A DNA stretch of 63,541 nt, filler included, from an uncultured bacterium (GTDB lineage: Bacteria; CAZSTA01): assembly GCA_964609495.1 (NCBI GenBank). It is 2 parts of 2 records of this genome, joined end to end, with 100 filler letters (N's around TTAATTAATTAA, not from the genome) between each part and the next. Parts side by side here need not be neighbours in the genome. Positions count along the whole stretch, not along the records: positions 1 to 31,934 come from CAZSTA010000018.1; 1 more part is not named here. One strand, 5' to 3'. Below, piece after piece: positions 19,538 to 28,826 of this stretch. Positions within the stretch are counted from its first letter, which is position 1, and every line of letters begins with the position of its first letter. Made by a program: the position numbers and the translations under genes. A model generated the notes under the pieces. It was not told the origin of the DNA and ran no database searches. It worked only from the letters and a program-made list of their open reading frames with translations.

Positions 19538-20857
19538 TTATCTCTTTTCACAGACTATTATGCCTTCACCTCTAATTGCTCTATTTCTTGATCCAAGTAA
19601 AGGATTGAAGATGAGGTTTTCAAAAGTAAAACCAATTTCTTCACAAAATCTTTTCGTCATCATTGTAGTAGGAATTTTTTTACCTTTAACAGTGCTGTCT
19701 CCAACTATAATAGCAAATTTTCCACCTGGTTTTAAAACCCAATACATATTTTCAATAGATTGCCTTAAATCCTCATAATAGAGAATCACTTTTGAAGGTA
19801 GGCTTCCATATTTCTTTTTGGGTAATGTATTATTTTTCATTCCAAGATATTTTGATTCAACTTTTTCCATATCAATTCCCAAATAATTGTATGCTATTAT
19901 ATCTTTCCCAACATAGTCTATGGAAAAGTAGTAAGGTGGACTAGTTATTATAGCGTCAAACTTTCCCTCAAACTCTTTAAAGTTTCTCAACTCTAAAACA
20001 TCACCTTCAATTATTTTTGCCCTCTTGAATTCGAGATTATACTTATCTTCCAACTCCATAAGCTTTTTATGACATTCTTTAAGGTATCCGAGTTTCGCAG
20101 CAAAAAGTCCCTCTTTCCCCTTTTTATCATATCTTGATGTTCTTGTAAAGGCATCCAGTGTGTCAAAGTAAATAGTCAACATCAACTTTTCTATCACTTT
20201 ATCAGGATGTTCCCACTTCTTATTTTCAATAAGATTAAGGATTTCTATGAGGTCTTTAAAACTAAATTCTAACTTTTTTGATGTTATAAAAGGTAATTCA
20301 TTCTTTAATTCTGAAAGGATTATACCCATTGGAGTAATATCGACTCCAACGCTTTCAATTCCCATTAAAGTTACTTCATGAGTAGTAGTTCCTGAGCCAT
20401 TAAAAGGATCGAGTATTAAGTCATCTGATTTTAATTTAAAAGCATTAACCAAGGTTCTTACTACCCTTGGGTAAAACTTACCTTTATATGGATAAAGATT
20501 ATGAAAAGCGTAAGCGTTCGTATCTCCATAAGAATCTACAAAATCTGTGTAAAGAGTAGCCCTTCCTCTTACTTTTTCAAGATGTGCTACTCTTAACCTT
20601 ACAAACTCTTCGTTACCTTCGAACTTAACAGTTCTATTCACAGAGGCAATGCTATATTCCTCTGTTAACCCTTGGAGCTCTAAATCAAGTAATTCCAAAT
20701 CTGCTAAGGTTTGCATCCAAAAACCAAAAGTAGTATCTCCTTTTGGAGTAATATATCTATTAAACTCTTCCGCATATTCTTCTATTATTTCCTCATAAGT
20801 TGGAAATTCATTGATTCCGACCATTGTGAGCTTGAGCTGCCTTGCCTCTTCGTCCAT
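19538..20857 (-). CDS. DNA amino-methyltransferase (likely N4-cytosine)
   Basis: HNLYPYKGKFYP, LDPFNGSGTT (motif I), ITSPPY (motif IV), VLKPGG; start placed at ATG 20857. Confidence 0.85.
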   Translation of the reverse strand: MDEEARQLKLTMVGINEFPTYEEIIEEYAEEFNRYITPKGDTTFGFWMQTLADLELLDLELQGLTEEYSIASVNRTVKFEGNEEFVRLRVAHLEKVRGRATLYTDFVDSYGDTNAYAFHNLYPYKGKFYPRVVRTLVNAFKLKSDDLILDPFNGSGTTTHEVTLMGIESVGVDITPMGIILSELKNELPFITSKKLEFSFKDLIEILNLIENKKWEHPDKVIEKLMLTIYFDTLDAFTRTSRYDKKGKEGLFAAKLGYLKECHKKLMELEDKYNLEFKRAKIIEGDVLELRNFKEFEGKFDAIITSPPYYFSIDYVGKDIIAYNYLGIDMEKVESKYLGMKNNTLPKKKYGSLPSKVILYYEDLRQSIENMYWVLKPGGKFAIIVGDSTVKGKKIPTTMMTKRFCEEIGFTFENLIFNPLLGSRNRAIRGEGIIVCEKR

Positions 20858-20951
20858 GTGATCAACTCCACACTTTACTGTATTTAAGACTGACCTCTCG
20901 GACTTATCGATTAAGAGAGTGGAAAGCACAGTCGAGTGCTCCTATCTCACA

Positions 20952-21065
20952 TCAATCGATTGCTCCAGCCCCTCTTAAATAATCCTCCATTCTAGCCACA
21001 AAACGTTCAGCATTAGCAACAATAAGACGAGTCTGAGCTTCGGTAAAACTGGATTCAACTAACAT
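20952..21065 (-). pseudogene. Probable C-terminal remnant of a HEPN-domain gene
   Basis: MLVESSFTEAQTRLIVANAERFVARMEDYLRGAGAID* resembles the last helix of HEPN proteins. Confidence 0.45.
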
Positions 21066-21117
21066 CTCGATCACATCTTAAGAGAGGAAAATCCGCCTCC
21101 TAATAATTAGAGTAACT

Positions 21118-21149
21118 TTAGGCCTCGAATCTTCTGGTTCGAGGCCTAA
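21118..21149 (-). terminator. Stem-loop after acsB
   Basis: TTAGGCCTCGAA-8nt-TTCGAGGCCTAA perfect 12-bp stem; no clear U-tract so may be stabilising rather than terminating. Confidence 0.6.
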
Positions 21150-21159
21150 GGAATTTTCA

Positions 21160-23337
21160 TCAAAATAGAGATGGCATCGTCAAAGCAGGATGTCCTACCT
21201 TTTCCAGATGAACGAGCAACTCCTCGGAAGTGGTTGCTACAGTCTCATCTGCGATCTTATCGATTAGATCCGGCATTCCAATTTCTTCTGCCCGTTTAAC
21301 CAGTCTGTCATATAAAGCCTCTTTAAGCTCCTTGGGCATCCAGAGGACCCGTGGTAATCCTCCATCGGCGGAGATGAACTTCCTACTAATGATATATAGC
21401 CTCCCTACTCCCAAGAAGCCAGGAGTCTGCATACCACCTCCAACCGCTCCAGCCATAGTAGTGAAAGCCATTCCCGAAGGAGTCATACCCGGATACTCCC
21501 GATTGACGATCATAAATCCGTTTCCCTCGGGGATGATAGCCATTATACACTCGAAGCAACCACAGCTAGTCATCGGATATTCCATCAGAGAGTAGAGATT
21601 CATCTTCTCTATCGTTTTATTGGAATGCTGGTACACGAATTCATTGATATTCTCCCACTGTCCTTTAACCGGATCTATAACCTTTCCCTTGGGAACAGGT
21701 TGATTAGGTCCGGTGGGAGCTATCTCGTAGTTAGTCCTGCCATCCAACCAGTTATAAGCTCCACATAGCCCTAGCCTCTCTGGACTGATAATACAGACGT
21801 GATTCGGAGCGAAGCTTTGACATAGGGTACAGGAGTAAAATGTATCCACACTCTCATCAGTCATCCCAGCTACCCGCTCATCACGATAGTTAAAGGATTT
21901 ACGAGCAATGGGGATAATCCTCTCAACGTCTTCGAGAATAGTATATATAGTTACCTGCACCTTATCGACGATAGCTTCATATTCCTCCAACAACCTAGCC
22001 CTGACTATCTCGCCTATATGACGGAATTTAAATCCCGCTTTCTTAGCCTCCTTATTTATCCTTATCCAGACCATATCCCTTTGAGCGATGTGCATAACTC
22101 CCATAGCCTCATTTATAGCGTTGTGGATACGCCTTTCCAATATAGACTCGTAATCCACCTGCATTTTCCGGCCATAAACCTCGATCAGCAATCCAAAGGG
22201 CGAATTACCCCCTTCCTCAATCTCATCGATCTCAGGGCCTATCACCTCGATTTTTCCATCCTCAACCTCGTTCGACTCCTTACTCACCAAGAACTCGAAG
22301 GCAGCAGTATATTTGCCTCCCACCTCTACTGCTACATCTGCTCTTCGAACCCTCTCTCCCTCAAAGGCCGCCCCGTAGAGTACTGGGATAGGCATCTCCT
22401 TAACCTTGATCTTAACTCCACGCACCTCGATACATACTGGAACGATCTTAGTGTAGTCCATCTCTTTAACTAAAGACTCATAAGTCGTCACCCCAGTAGG
22501 TCTAACCTCAGGGATATCGGTGTCCGCGATGACCGGGAAACCCATATTAATAGCTCCCGCACCAGTAGCATATCTGATATCATCGACCTCTCCTAAAGCT
22601 AAGCCGAAGGCAAAGACCCTATTCTTGCAGTACTCCAAGCACTTCTGTCCCTCTCCTTTACTGTGACCACCGTAGGTCAATGCGGCTCTGATAGCCCAGT
22701 TGAGAGCATATATAGTGGAGATAGTCTCTGGGCCCAAGGGAACTATATAGGTATCCCAACCCAGCTCTACCCCCTCCTCCAATAACTGATCTCTTCCCGT
22801 CTTACCATTCGTGCTGCCGCTTAAAAATGTTAAGATGTTCCTTTGCTGGAAGCCACGCACCAGATCTACTATAATTTTATTATCTGGAGCCGCTCCAATG
22901 ATAGCCGCAAAGCCGGGCATCCTTCCGTCAACCAATTGGATACCCAAAGACCTCAAGATGGTATCGGTGATAAAGCCACCCCAACCCTCCTTTGGTTCCT
23001 CATTGTATAGATAGCGAAGAGCCATTATCATCTCCTCGGCTAATAGAGTAGCTATTCCAGCATCAAGAGCATCTCCTAAATAGGGAAGCCAAACGGAATC
23101 GCCCGGTTCATCGCTCAATAAGGATTTGGCCTCCTCTAGCACTGGGATCATATCCTTTAAGGTTTTCACCTCTACTCCCATCAGAGCGTAAGCCATAGGC
23201 AGATAGAAAGCGGTCTCCGGGAATGCTATTTTTTGATCCTCACCCTTCTCGGCGATAGCTTTCGCTAAGAATTTATCTGCCTCATCGAACACCTTGTGCG
23301 ATCCTCTAATGGCTGCCGCAGCCACTATTTTGGACAT
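21160..23337 (-). CDS. acsB: Acetyl-CoA synthase (ACS, bacterial three-domain type)
   Basis: FPETAFYLP; YSCTLCQSFAPNHVC..PERLGLCGA and PMTSCGCFEC A-cluster ligands. Confidence 0.97.
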   Translation of the reverse strand: MSKIVAAAAIRGSHKVFDEADKFLAKAIAEKGEDQKIAFPETAFYLPMAYALMGVEVKTLKDMIPVLEEAKSLLSDEPGDSVWLPYLGDALDAGIATLLAEEMIMALRYLYNEEPKEGWGGFITDTILRSLGIQLVDGRMPGFAAIIGAAPDNKIIVDLVRGFQQRNILTFLSGSTNGKTGRDQLLEEGVELGWDTYIVPLGPETISTIYALNWAIRAALTYGGHSKGEGQKCLEYCKNRVFAFGLALGEVDDIRYATGAGAINMGFPVIADTDIPEVRPTGVTTYESLVKEMDYTKIVPVCIEVRGVKIKVKEMPIPVLYGAAFEGERVRRADVAVEVGGKYTAAFEFLVSKESNEVEDGKIEVIGPEIDEIEEGGNSPFGLLIEVYGRKMQVDYESILERRIHNAINEAMGVMHIAQRDMVWIRINKEAKKAGFKFRHIGEIVRARLLEEYEAIVDKVQVTIYTILEDVERIIPIARKSFNYRDERVAGMTDESVDTFYSCTLCQSFAPNHVCIISPERLGLCGAYNWLDGRTNYEIAPTGPNQPVPKGKVIDPVKGQWENINEFVYQHSNKTIEKMNLYSLMEYPMTSCGCFECIMAIIPEGNGFMIVNREYPGMTPSGMAFTTMAGAVGGGMQTPGFLGVGRLYIISRKFISADGGLPRVLWMPKELKEALYDRLVKRAEEIGMPDLIDKIADETVATTSEELLVHLEKVGHPALTMPSLF

Positions 23338-23410
23338 AAATCTTCACCCCTTAACCTATTGTCATATATTTACCTTCGAGCTTAACGACAAATTTGAATT
23401 TCCAATTTTA

Positions 23411-23439
23411 ATTATATCATATTTACATCTCAAATTCAA
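23411..23439 (-). promoter_or_regulatory. sigma70-type promoter of acsB
   Basis: TTGAAT-17 nt-TATAAT with extended TG on the minus strand. Confidence 0.7.
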
Positions 23440-23458
23440 CCGTTTCGCTCGCCTAAAA

Positions 23459-24940
23459 TTATATCTTATCTCCCAAATATTTACTCACCATATTTGTCGT
23501 CAACCTATATGCTTCCTCTATCCTACCTCTCCTATTAGCTATATCCTCCTTTCTCCTCTCGATCTCCTTGACGAATAACCCTATCATTCTATCAACTTCT
23601 GCTGGAGAAGTGCTTCCCAAACTCCTCTGGCGTTCGATAGCTTCTCTAGGATCGAGTAATTCCTCCAATTTATCCTCACCAATATCTATATCAGCCTCCT
23701 CTAGCATTCTCTTAACCTTCGAGATATTCAAGAAATTATCTCCATTTCTCACCAATTCACCAACTATATTCCCCACTATCCGATGGCACTCTCGGAAGGA
23801 CAGTCTATGCTCCCTGACAAGGGAATTAGCCAGCTCCGTAGCGGTTGAGAAGTTAGCCGAGGCTAATTCCTCCATCCTCTCTCGATTTACCTCCATAGTT
23901 TCTATCATACCTCTGAGGATGAATAATGCCGATTGAACTAGCTCCAGAGAGTTGAAGAGAGGCGGTTTATCCTCTTGGAGATCACTGTTATAGGCCGTGG
24001 GGATCCCTTTAAGAGCAGTAAGAACTTGAACCAATGCTCCATAGACTCGACCTGTCCTTCCTCTTATCAATTCCGCCACCTCCGGATTCTTCTTTTGGGG
24101 CATAATCGAACTTCCTGTAGCGAAAGCATCATCAAGTTTTATCATCCTAAACTCGTAAGTACTCCAATAAACTATCTCCGTCGCTATCCTAGATAGATTG
24201 GACATCAGAATAGCTAGGGCGCTCAAGGTCTCAGCTATGAAATCCCTGGAACTTATCACATCTAGAGCGTGTTCATGAACACTATCGAATCCCAATAATT
24301 TGGCGGTAAGCTCTCTATCAATAGCAAAAGAGGTGCCCGATAGAGCAGATGCTCCTAAAGGATTACTATTTATATGTTTATAAGCATTGCTCAATCTATC
24401 CAAATCCCGGAAGAACATACTGACATATCCAGTAGCCCAGAAGGCGAAGGATATCGGCTGGGCATGTTGAGTGTGAGTATATCCTGGGAGGATAGTCCCT
24501 CGATGTTTCTCGGCAAGCTTGAGAAGAGCGATTTGAAGCTCGATTATCAACTCCTCGGTCCCTAAAACTTGAGGACGAAGATACAGCTTAGAGGCGGTCA
24601 ACACCTGATCATTTCGACTGCGAGCGGTATGAAGTTTGCCTCCATACTCCATCCCTGCCCTCTCGATCACATAATTTTCGACGTTCAGATGCACATCTTC
24701 TAGCTCTTTCTTCAACTTGAACTTACCAGTTGAATAATCCTCCTTAGCTTTCTCCAACCAAGTGAGGATATATCCGAGATCATCATTCGAGATTATATCA
24801 CAAGAGGCGAGCATAAGGGCGTGAGCTTCACTTCCCCATATATCCTCCAGAACCATCCTCTCATCAGCTTCCAGAGATTGGGTGAACTCATTTACTTCCT
24901 CGGCTGTATCCTTATCAAATCTACCTCCCCAAAGCTTCAT
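23459..24940 (-). CDS. argH: Argininosuccinate lyase
   Basis: MKLWGGRF, LHTARSRNDQ, PGYTHTQHAQP, GSSIMPQKKNP. Confidence 0.96.
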   Translation of the reverse strand: MKLWGGRFDKDTAEEVNEFTQSLEADERMVLEDIWGSEAHALMLASCDIISNDDLGYILTWLEKAKEDYSTGKFKLKKELEDVHLNVENYVIERAGMEYGGKLHTARSRNDQVLTASKLYLRPQVLGTEELIIELQIALLKLAEKHRGTILPGYTHTQHAQPISFAFWATGYVSMFFRDLDRLSNAYKHINSNPLGASALSGTSFAIDRELTAKLLGFDSVHEHALDVISSRDFIAETLSALAILMSNLSRIATEIVYWSTYEFRMIKLDDAFATGSSIMPQKKNPEVAELIRGRTGRVYGALVQVLTALKGIPTAYNSDLQEDKPPLFNSLELVQSALFILRGMIETMEVNRERMEELASANFSTATELANSLVREHRLSFRECHRIVGNIVGELVRNGDNFLNISKVKRMLEEADIDIGEDKLEELLDPREAIERQRSLGSTSPAEVDRMIGLFVKEIERRKEDIANRRGRIEEAYRLTTNMVSKYLGDKI

Positions 24941-25028
24941 GTTAATCCCTCTCCGAACTTGTTTGGTAGCTCTCCACTTTCTTTTAAGTAGTTCCAAATA
25001 TTAGCATAGTGAGTCCATAATATAATTA

Positions 25029-25150
25029 CCCCCTCACCCTAGCCCTCTCCCACTAGGGGAGAGGGGACGTCGAGATAGAGCTTAAGTCTATGCTTCGCAT
25101 TACTCTTTAGTTCCCCCTCCCTTGATGGGAGGGGGTTAGGGTGAGGGTGA
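25029..25150. repeat. GC-rich double-hairpin REP/MITE-like element, copy 2
   Basis: CCCTCACCCTAGCCCTCTCCC..GGGGAGAGGG and CCCCCTCCC..GGGAGGGGGTTAGGGTGAGGG. Confidence 0.8.
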
Positions 25151-25215
25151 TCTAAGCAATTCCTATTGAACCAAAAGCTATTTCTCTTTACTCATCAATA
25201 AAATCAGAAGCCTTC

Positions 25216-25536
25216 TTATCCATCGAGCAGATCCTCGATCTCTTTCAACTGAGAGAGATATTCCTTTCTTTCGGCTTCTAATTCTTCCCAAACCATATAA
25301 TCTCTCTCAACTGGATGGGACCATTTAGCTGGAATCTCTCCCTTCTCCCAAGCCTCAGCAAATTTTTCAAAAGTCATTTTGTACTTTAACTCGAAGCCTC
25401 TTATCTCATCTTCACACTCACGCAAAAGATTGGTTGACTCCCTTGAGAGAAGTCTGACGATCTTTTCCTCTAAGGTATCTCCCTCCATATCCTGAAGAAA
25501 CTTTAGAATATTCTTCGATATATTCAAAGTCAGCAT
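25216..25536 (-). CDS. Small acidic protein, antitoxin-like
   Basis: GGAGG RBS; FELKYKMTFEKF...ERDYMVWE pattern seen in small TA-associated proteins. Confidence 0.55.
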   Translation of the reverse strand: MLTLNISKNILKFLQDMEGDTLEEKIVRLLSRESTNLLRECEDEIRGFELKYKMTFEKFAEAWEKGEIPAKWSHPVERDYMVWEELEAERKEYLSQLKEIEDLLDG

Positions 25537-25558
25537 AATTACCTCCCTCCTAAGATAA

Positions 25559-28500
25559 TCACTCTATATCCCTATGCCACTCCTGAAGCGATCTAACCTC
25601 CATCTCATTATTCTTCAACTCCGCTATACCCTTTGTAACCGCCTCCGCGGCAGCTATAGTGGTGCAATAAGGAATACCATAGAGCAGGGCTAACTTTCGC
25701 ACTTCAGAGGACTCGACAAAACCATGCTCATCAGGAGTATTTATAACCAGATCGATCCTCCTATTTCTAATATGATCAAGCACTACTTCGCCCTGACTTC
25801 GAGATATAGAGTCTACTGGAATTCCCCTATCATTTAAGACCTTCGCTGTCCCCTCCATCGCCATCAACTTGAAATTTAATTCGGCTAGTTCCCTCGAGAT
25901 AGAAACTATAGCTCTCCGATCTTCATCTCTCACACTTATAAATACAGTTCCTTCTTTAAGGGATATATGGTTACCAGCTCCGATCTGGGCTTTCGCAAAG
26001 GCCATCCCGAACCTCTCATCTATTCCCATCACCTCGCCAGTCGATCTCATCTCTGGCCCAAGAAGGGTATCAACTCCAAAGAATTTAACAAAGGGCAGAA
26101 CAACCTCCTTCACCGAGGAATGAGTCACTTCCCGCTCCTTCGTAACCCCAAGCTCCTTTAAAGTCTTTCCAGCCATAACTCTTGCGGCTATCTTCGCCAG
26201 TGGCAGACCAATAGCTTTGCTAACGAAGGGGATAGTTCGGGAAGCGCGAGGGTTCACCTCTAATACATATACCCTCCCATTTTGGATAGCATACTGGACA
26301 TTCATCAGCCCTACTACCTCAAGCCTCTTAGCTAAAGCATAGGTATAATTCCTTATCACATCTTGCATCTCCTTGTTTATTTCCCTAGGAGGAAGGACAC
26401 AGGCGCTGTCTCCAGAGTGGACCCCCGCCTGCTCGATATGTTGCATAATACCGCCTATAACCACTCTCTCCCCATCGGCTACCGCATCCACATCGATCTC
26501 GATCGCATCACTCAAGAACTTATCTATCAGAACTGGATGTTCAGGAGAGGCTTCGACCGCATAGCCCATATACTTCTTCAAGGACTCTTCGTTATATACG
26601 ATCTCCATCGCCCGCCCCCCTAGGACATAGGAAGGCCTGACTAAAACCGGATAGCCGATCTTCTTCGCTTTATCCAATGCCTCCTCAACCGACCTCGCGG
26701 TATCACTAGCGGGCTGAGGTATCCCCAATTCCTCAAGCAAGATTCGGAATCGTTCTCTATCCTCCGCAATGTCGATGCTCTCCGGAGAAGTTCCAATGAT
26801 GGGGACTCCTGCTCTCTCCAAGGGGATCGCTAGCTTGAGGGGAGTCTGACCCCCGAATTGAACGATCACTCCGTCGGGCTTCTCCCTATCCACGATGTTC
26901 ATAACATCCTCAAAGGTGAGAGGCTCGAAGTAAAGACGATCGGAGGTGTCATAATCAGTGGATACCGTCTCTGGATTACAGTTGACCATAATCGTCTCAT
27001 ATCCATCCTCCCTCAGGGCAAGGGAGGCGTGAACACAACAGTAATCGAACTCTATTCCCTGGCCTATCCTATTAGGACCGCTTCCCAAGATCATAATCTT
27101 CTTTTTCGTTGAGGGTTTGACTTCGTCCTCCGATTCATAAGTGGAATAGTAATATGGAGTATAAGCCTCGAACTCCGCGGCGCAGGTATCGACAGTCTTA
27201 AAGGTAGCCTCGATTCCCGCTTCCTTCCGTAACCTTCGGACTTCGGTCTCCTTAAGACCTAATAGTTCCCCTAAACGAATATCGGAGAATCCATAACGCT
27301 TGGCTTCATTTAACATATCCACAAGAGATCTCGTCCCCTCTCCCTCTCCTATAAGGGAGAAAGTTCCCCTAAACCTTCTTATCTCATCTTCCTTCTCGAC
27401 TATCTGCCAGATGTTATATAGGAACCATCTATCTATCTTAGTCAAATTGTATATCTCATTTATTGATAGGCCCGATTTGAAAGCTGAGGCGATGTAGAAG
27501 ACTCGTTCCCAATTGGGAACTCTAAGTTTCTCTTGTATCTCATCTTTTGATATCTCCAGCTTGTTATCTTGGACAACGCTATATCTATCTATCTCCAGAG
27601 AGCGAATTGACTTCTGTAGTGCCTCTTTAAACGTTCTGCCGATCGCCATCACTTCCCCCACCGATTTCATCTGGGTAGTCAGAGTTTGATCCGCCTGAGG
27701 AAACTTCTCGAATGCCCAACGGGGGAATTTGACAACTACATAATCTATAGTTGGCTCGAAGGAGGCTGGCGTTTCCTTAGTTATATCATTGGGGATCTCA
27801 TCCAGAGTATAGCCCACCGCGAGCTTAGCGGCGATCTTAGCTATAGGGAATCCCGTGGCTTTGGAGGCTAGGGCTGAGCTACGAGATACCCGAGGATTCA
27901 TCTCGATCACCACTAAGCGACCATCATCGGGATGAACTGCGAATTGGATATTCGATCCGCCAGTCTCCACCCCGATCTCCCTGATGATCGCTATCGCCGC
28001 ATCACGCATTCGCTGATATTCCTTATCAGTGAGGGTTTGAGCAGGAGCGACGGTGACGCTATCCCCGGTGTGAATTCCCATCGGATCGAAGTTCTCGATA
28101 GAGCATATTATTACTACGTTATCAGCGAGGTCGCGCATCACCTCCAATTCATATTCCTTCCAGCCGATCACCGATTCCTCGATGAGTATCTCGTGAATAG
28201 GGCTCACACTTAATCCCCACTGAGCGAATTGCTCGAACTGATCCTTATTATAAGCGATATTACCCCCCGTTCCCCCCAGGGTGAAGGAAGGACGTATGAT
28301 CGCAGGATATCCGATATCTTCAATTATTTCCACAGCCTGATCGAAATTATAAGCGAATCCACCCTTGGGGAGATCGAGACCGATCTTCTCCATCGCCAAT
28401 TTAAATTTTTCCCTATCCTCAGCTTTTTGGATGGCTTCCAACTTAGCTCCGATCAGCTCCACTCCATATCTATCCAATGCTCCACTCTCTGCTAAAGCAA

Positions 28501-28798
28501 CCGCAGTGTTCAACCCCGTCTGGCCTCCCAGAGTCGGCAATAGGACATCAGGTCTTTCTCTAGCGATGATCTTCTCCACCACGTCGGGAGTGATAGGCTC
28601 GATGTAGGTCCTATCCGCTACCTGAGGATCGGTCATAATGGTAGCAGGATTGCTGTTCACCAACACAATATTAAAGCCCTCCTCCCTGAGGGCTTTGCAC
28701 GCCTGAGTCCCAGAATAGTCAAATTCACAAGCCTGACCGATTATTATCGGTCCAGAGCTTATTATCAAGATCTTTTTGATATCTTCTCGCCTTGGCAT
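25559..28798 (-). CDS. carB: Carbamoyl-phosphate synthase large subunit
   Basis: [45 protein letters not shown]. Confidence 0.98.
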   Translation of the reverse strand: MPRREDIKKILIISSGPIIIGQACEFDYSGTQACKALREEGFNIVLVNSNPATIMTDPQVADRTYIEPITPDVVEKIIARERPDVLLPTLGGQTGLNTAVALAESGALDRYGVELIGAKLEAIQKAEDREKFKLAMEKIGLDLPKGGFAYNFDQAVEIIEDIGYPAIIRPSFTLGGTGGNIAYNKDQFEQFAQWGLSVSPIHEILIEESVIGWKEYELEVMRDLADNVVIICSIENFDPMGIHTGDSVTVAPAQTLTDKEYQRMRDAAIAIIREIGVETGGSNIQFAVHPDDGRLVVIEMNPRVSRSSALASKATGFPIAKIAAKLAVGYTLDEIPNDITKETPASFEPTIDYVVVKFPRWAFEKFPQADQTLTTQMKSVGEVMAIGRTFKEALQKSIRSLEIDRYSVVQDNKLEISKDEIQEKLRVPNWERVFYIASAFKSGLSINEIYNLTKIDRWFLYNIWQIVEKEDEIRRFRGTFSLIGEGEGTRSLVDMLNEAKRYGFSDIRLGELLGLKETEVRRLRKEAGIEATFKTVDTCAAEFEAYTPYYYSTYESEDEVKPSTKKKIMILGSGPNRIGQGIEFDYCCVHASLALREDGYETIMVNCNPETVSTDYDTSDRLYFEPLTFEDVMNIVDREKPDGVIVQFGGQTPLKLAIPLERAGVPIIGTSPESIDIAEDRERFRILLEELGIPQPASDTARSVEEALDKAKKIGYPVLVRPSYVLGGRAMEIVYNEESLKKYMGYAVEASPEHPVLIDKFLSDAIEIDVDAVADGERVVIGGIMQHIEQAGVHSGDSACVLPPREINKEMQDVIRNYTYALAKRLEVVGLMNVQYAIQNGRVYVLEVNPRASRTIPFVSKAIGLPLAKIAARVMAGKTLKELGVTKEREVTHSSVKEVVLPFVKFFGVDTLLGPEMRSTGEVMGIDERFGMAFAKAQIGAGNHISLKEGTVFISVRDEDRRAIVSISRELAELNFKLMAMEGTAKVLNDRGIPVDSISRSQGEVVLDHIRNRRIDLVINTPDEHGFVESSEVRKLALLYGIPYCTTIAAAEAVTKGIAELKNNEMEVRSLQEWHRDIE

Positions 28799-28826
28799 AT
28801 ATCACCTTCCCCAATAAAATCGAGTT

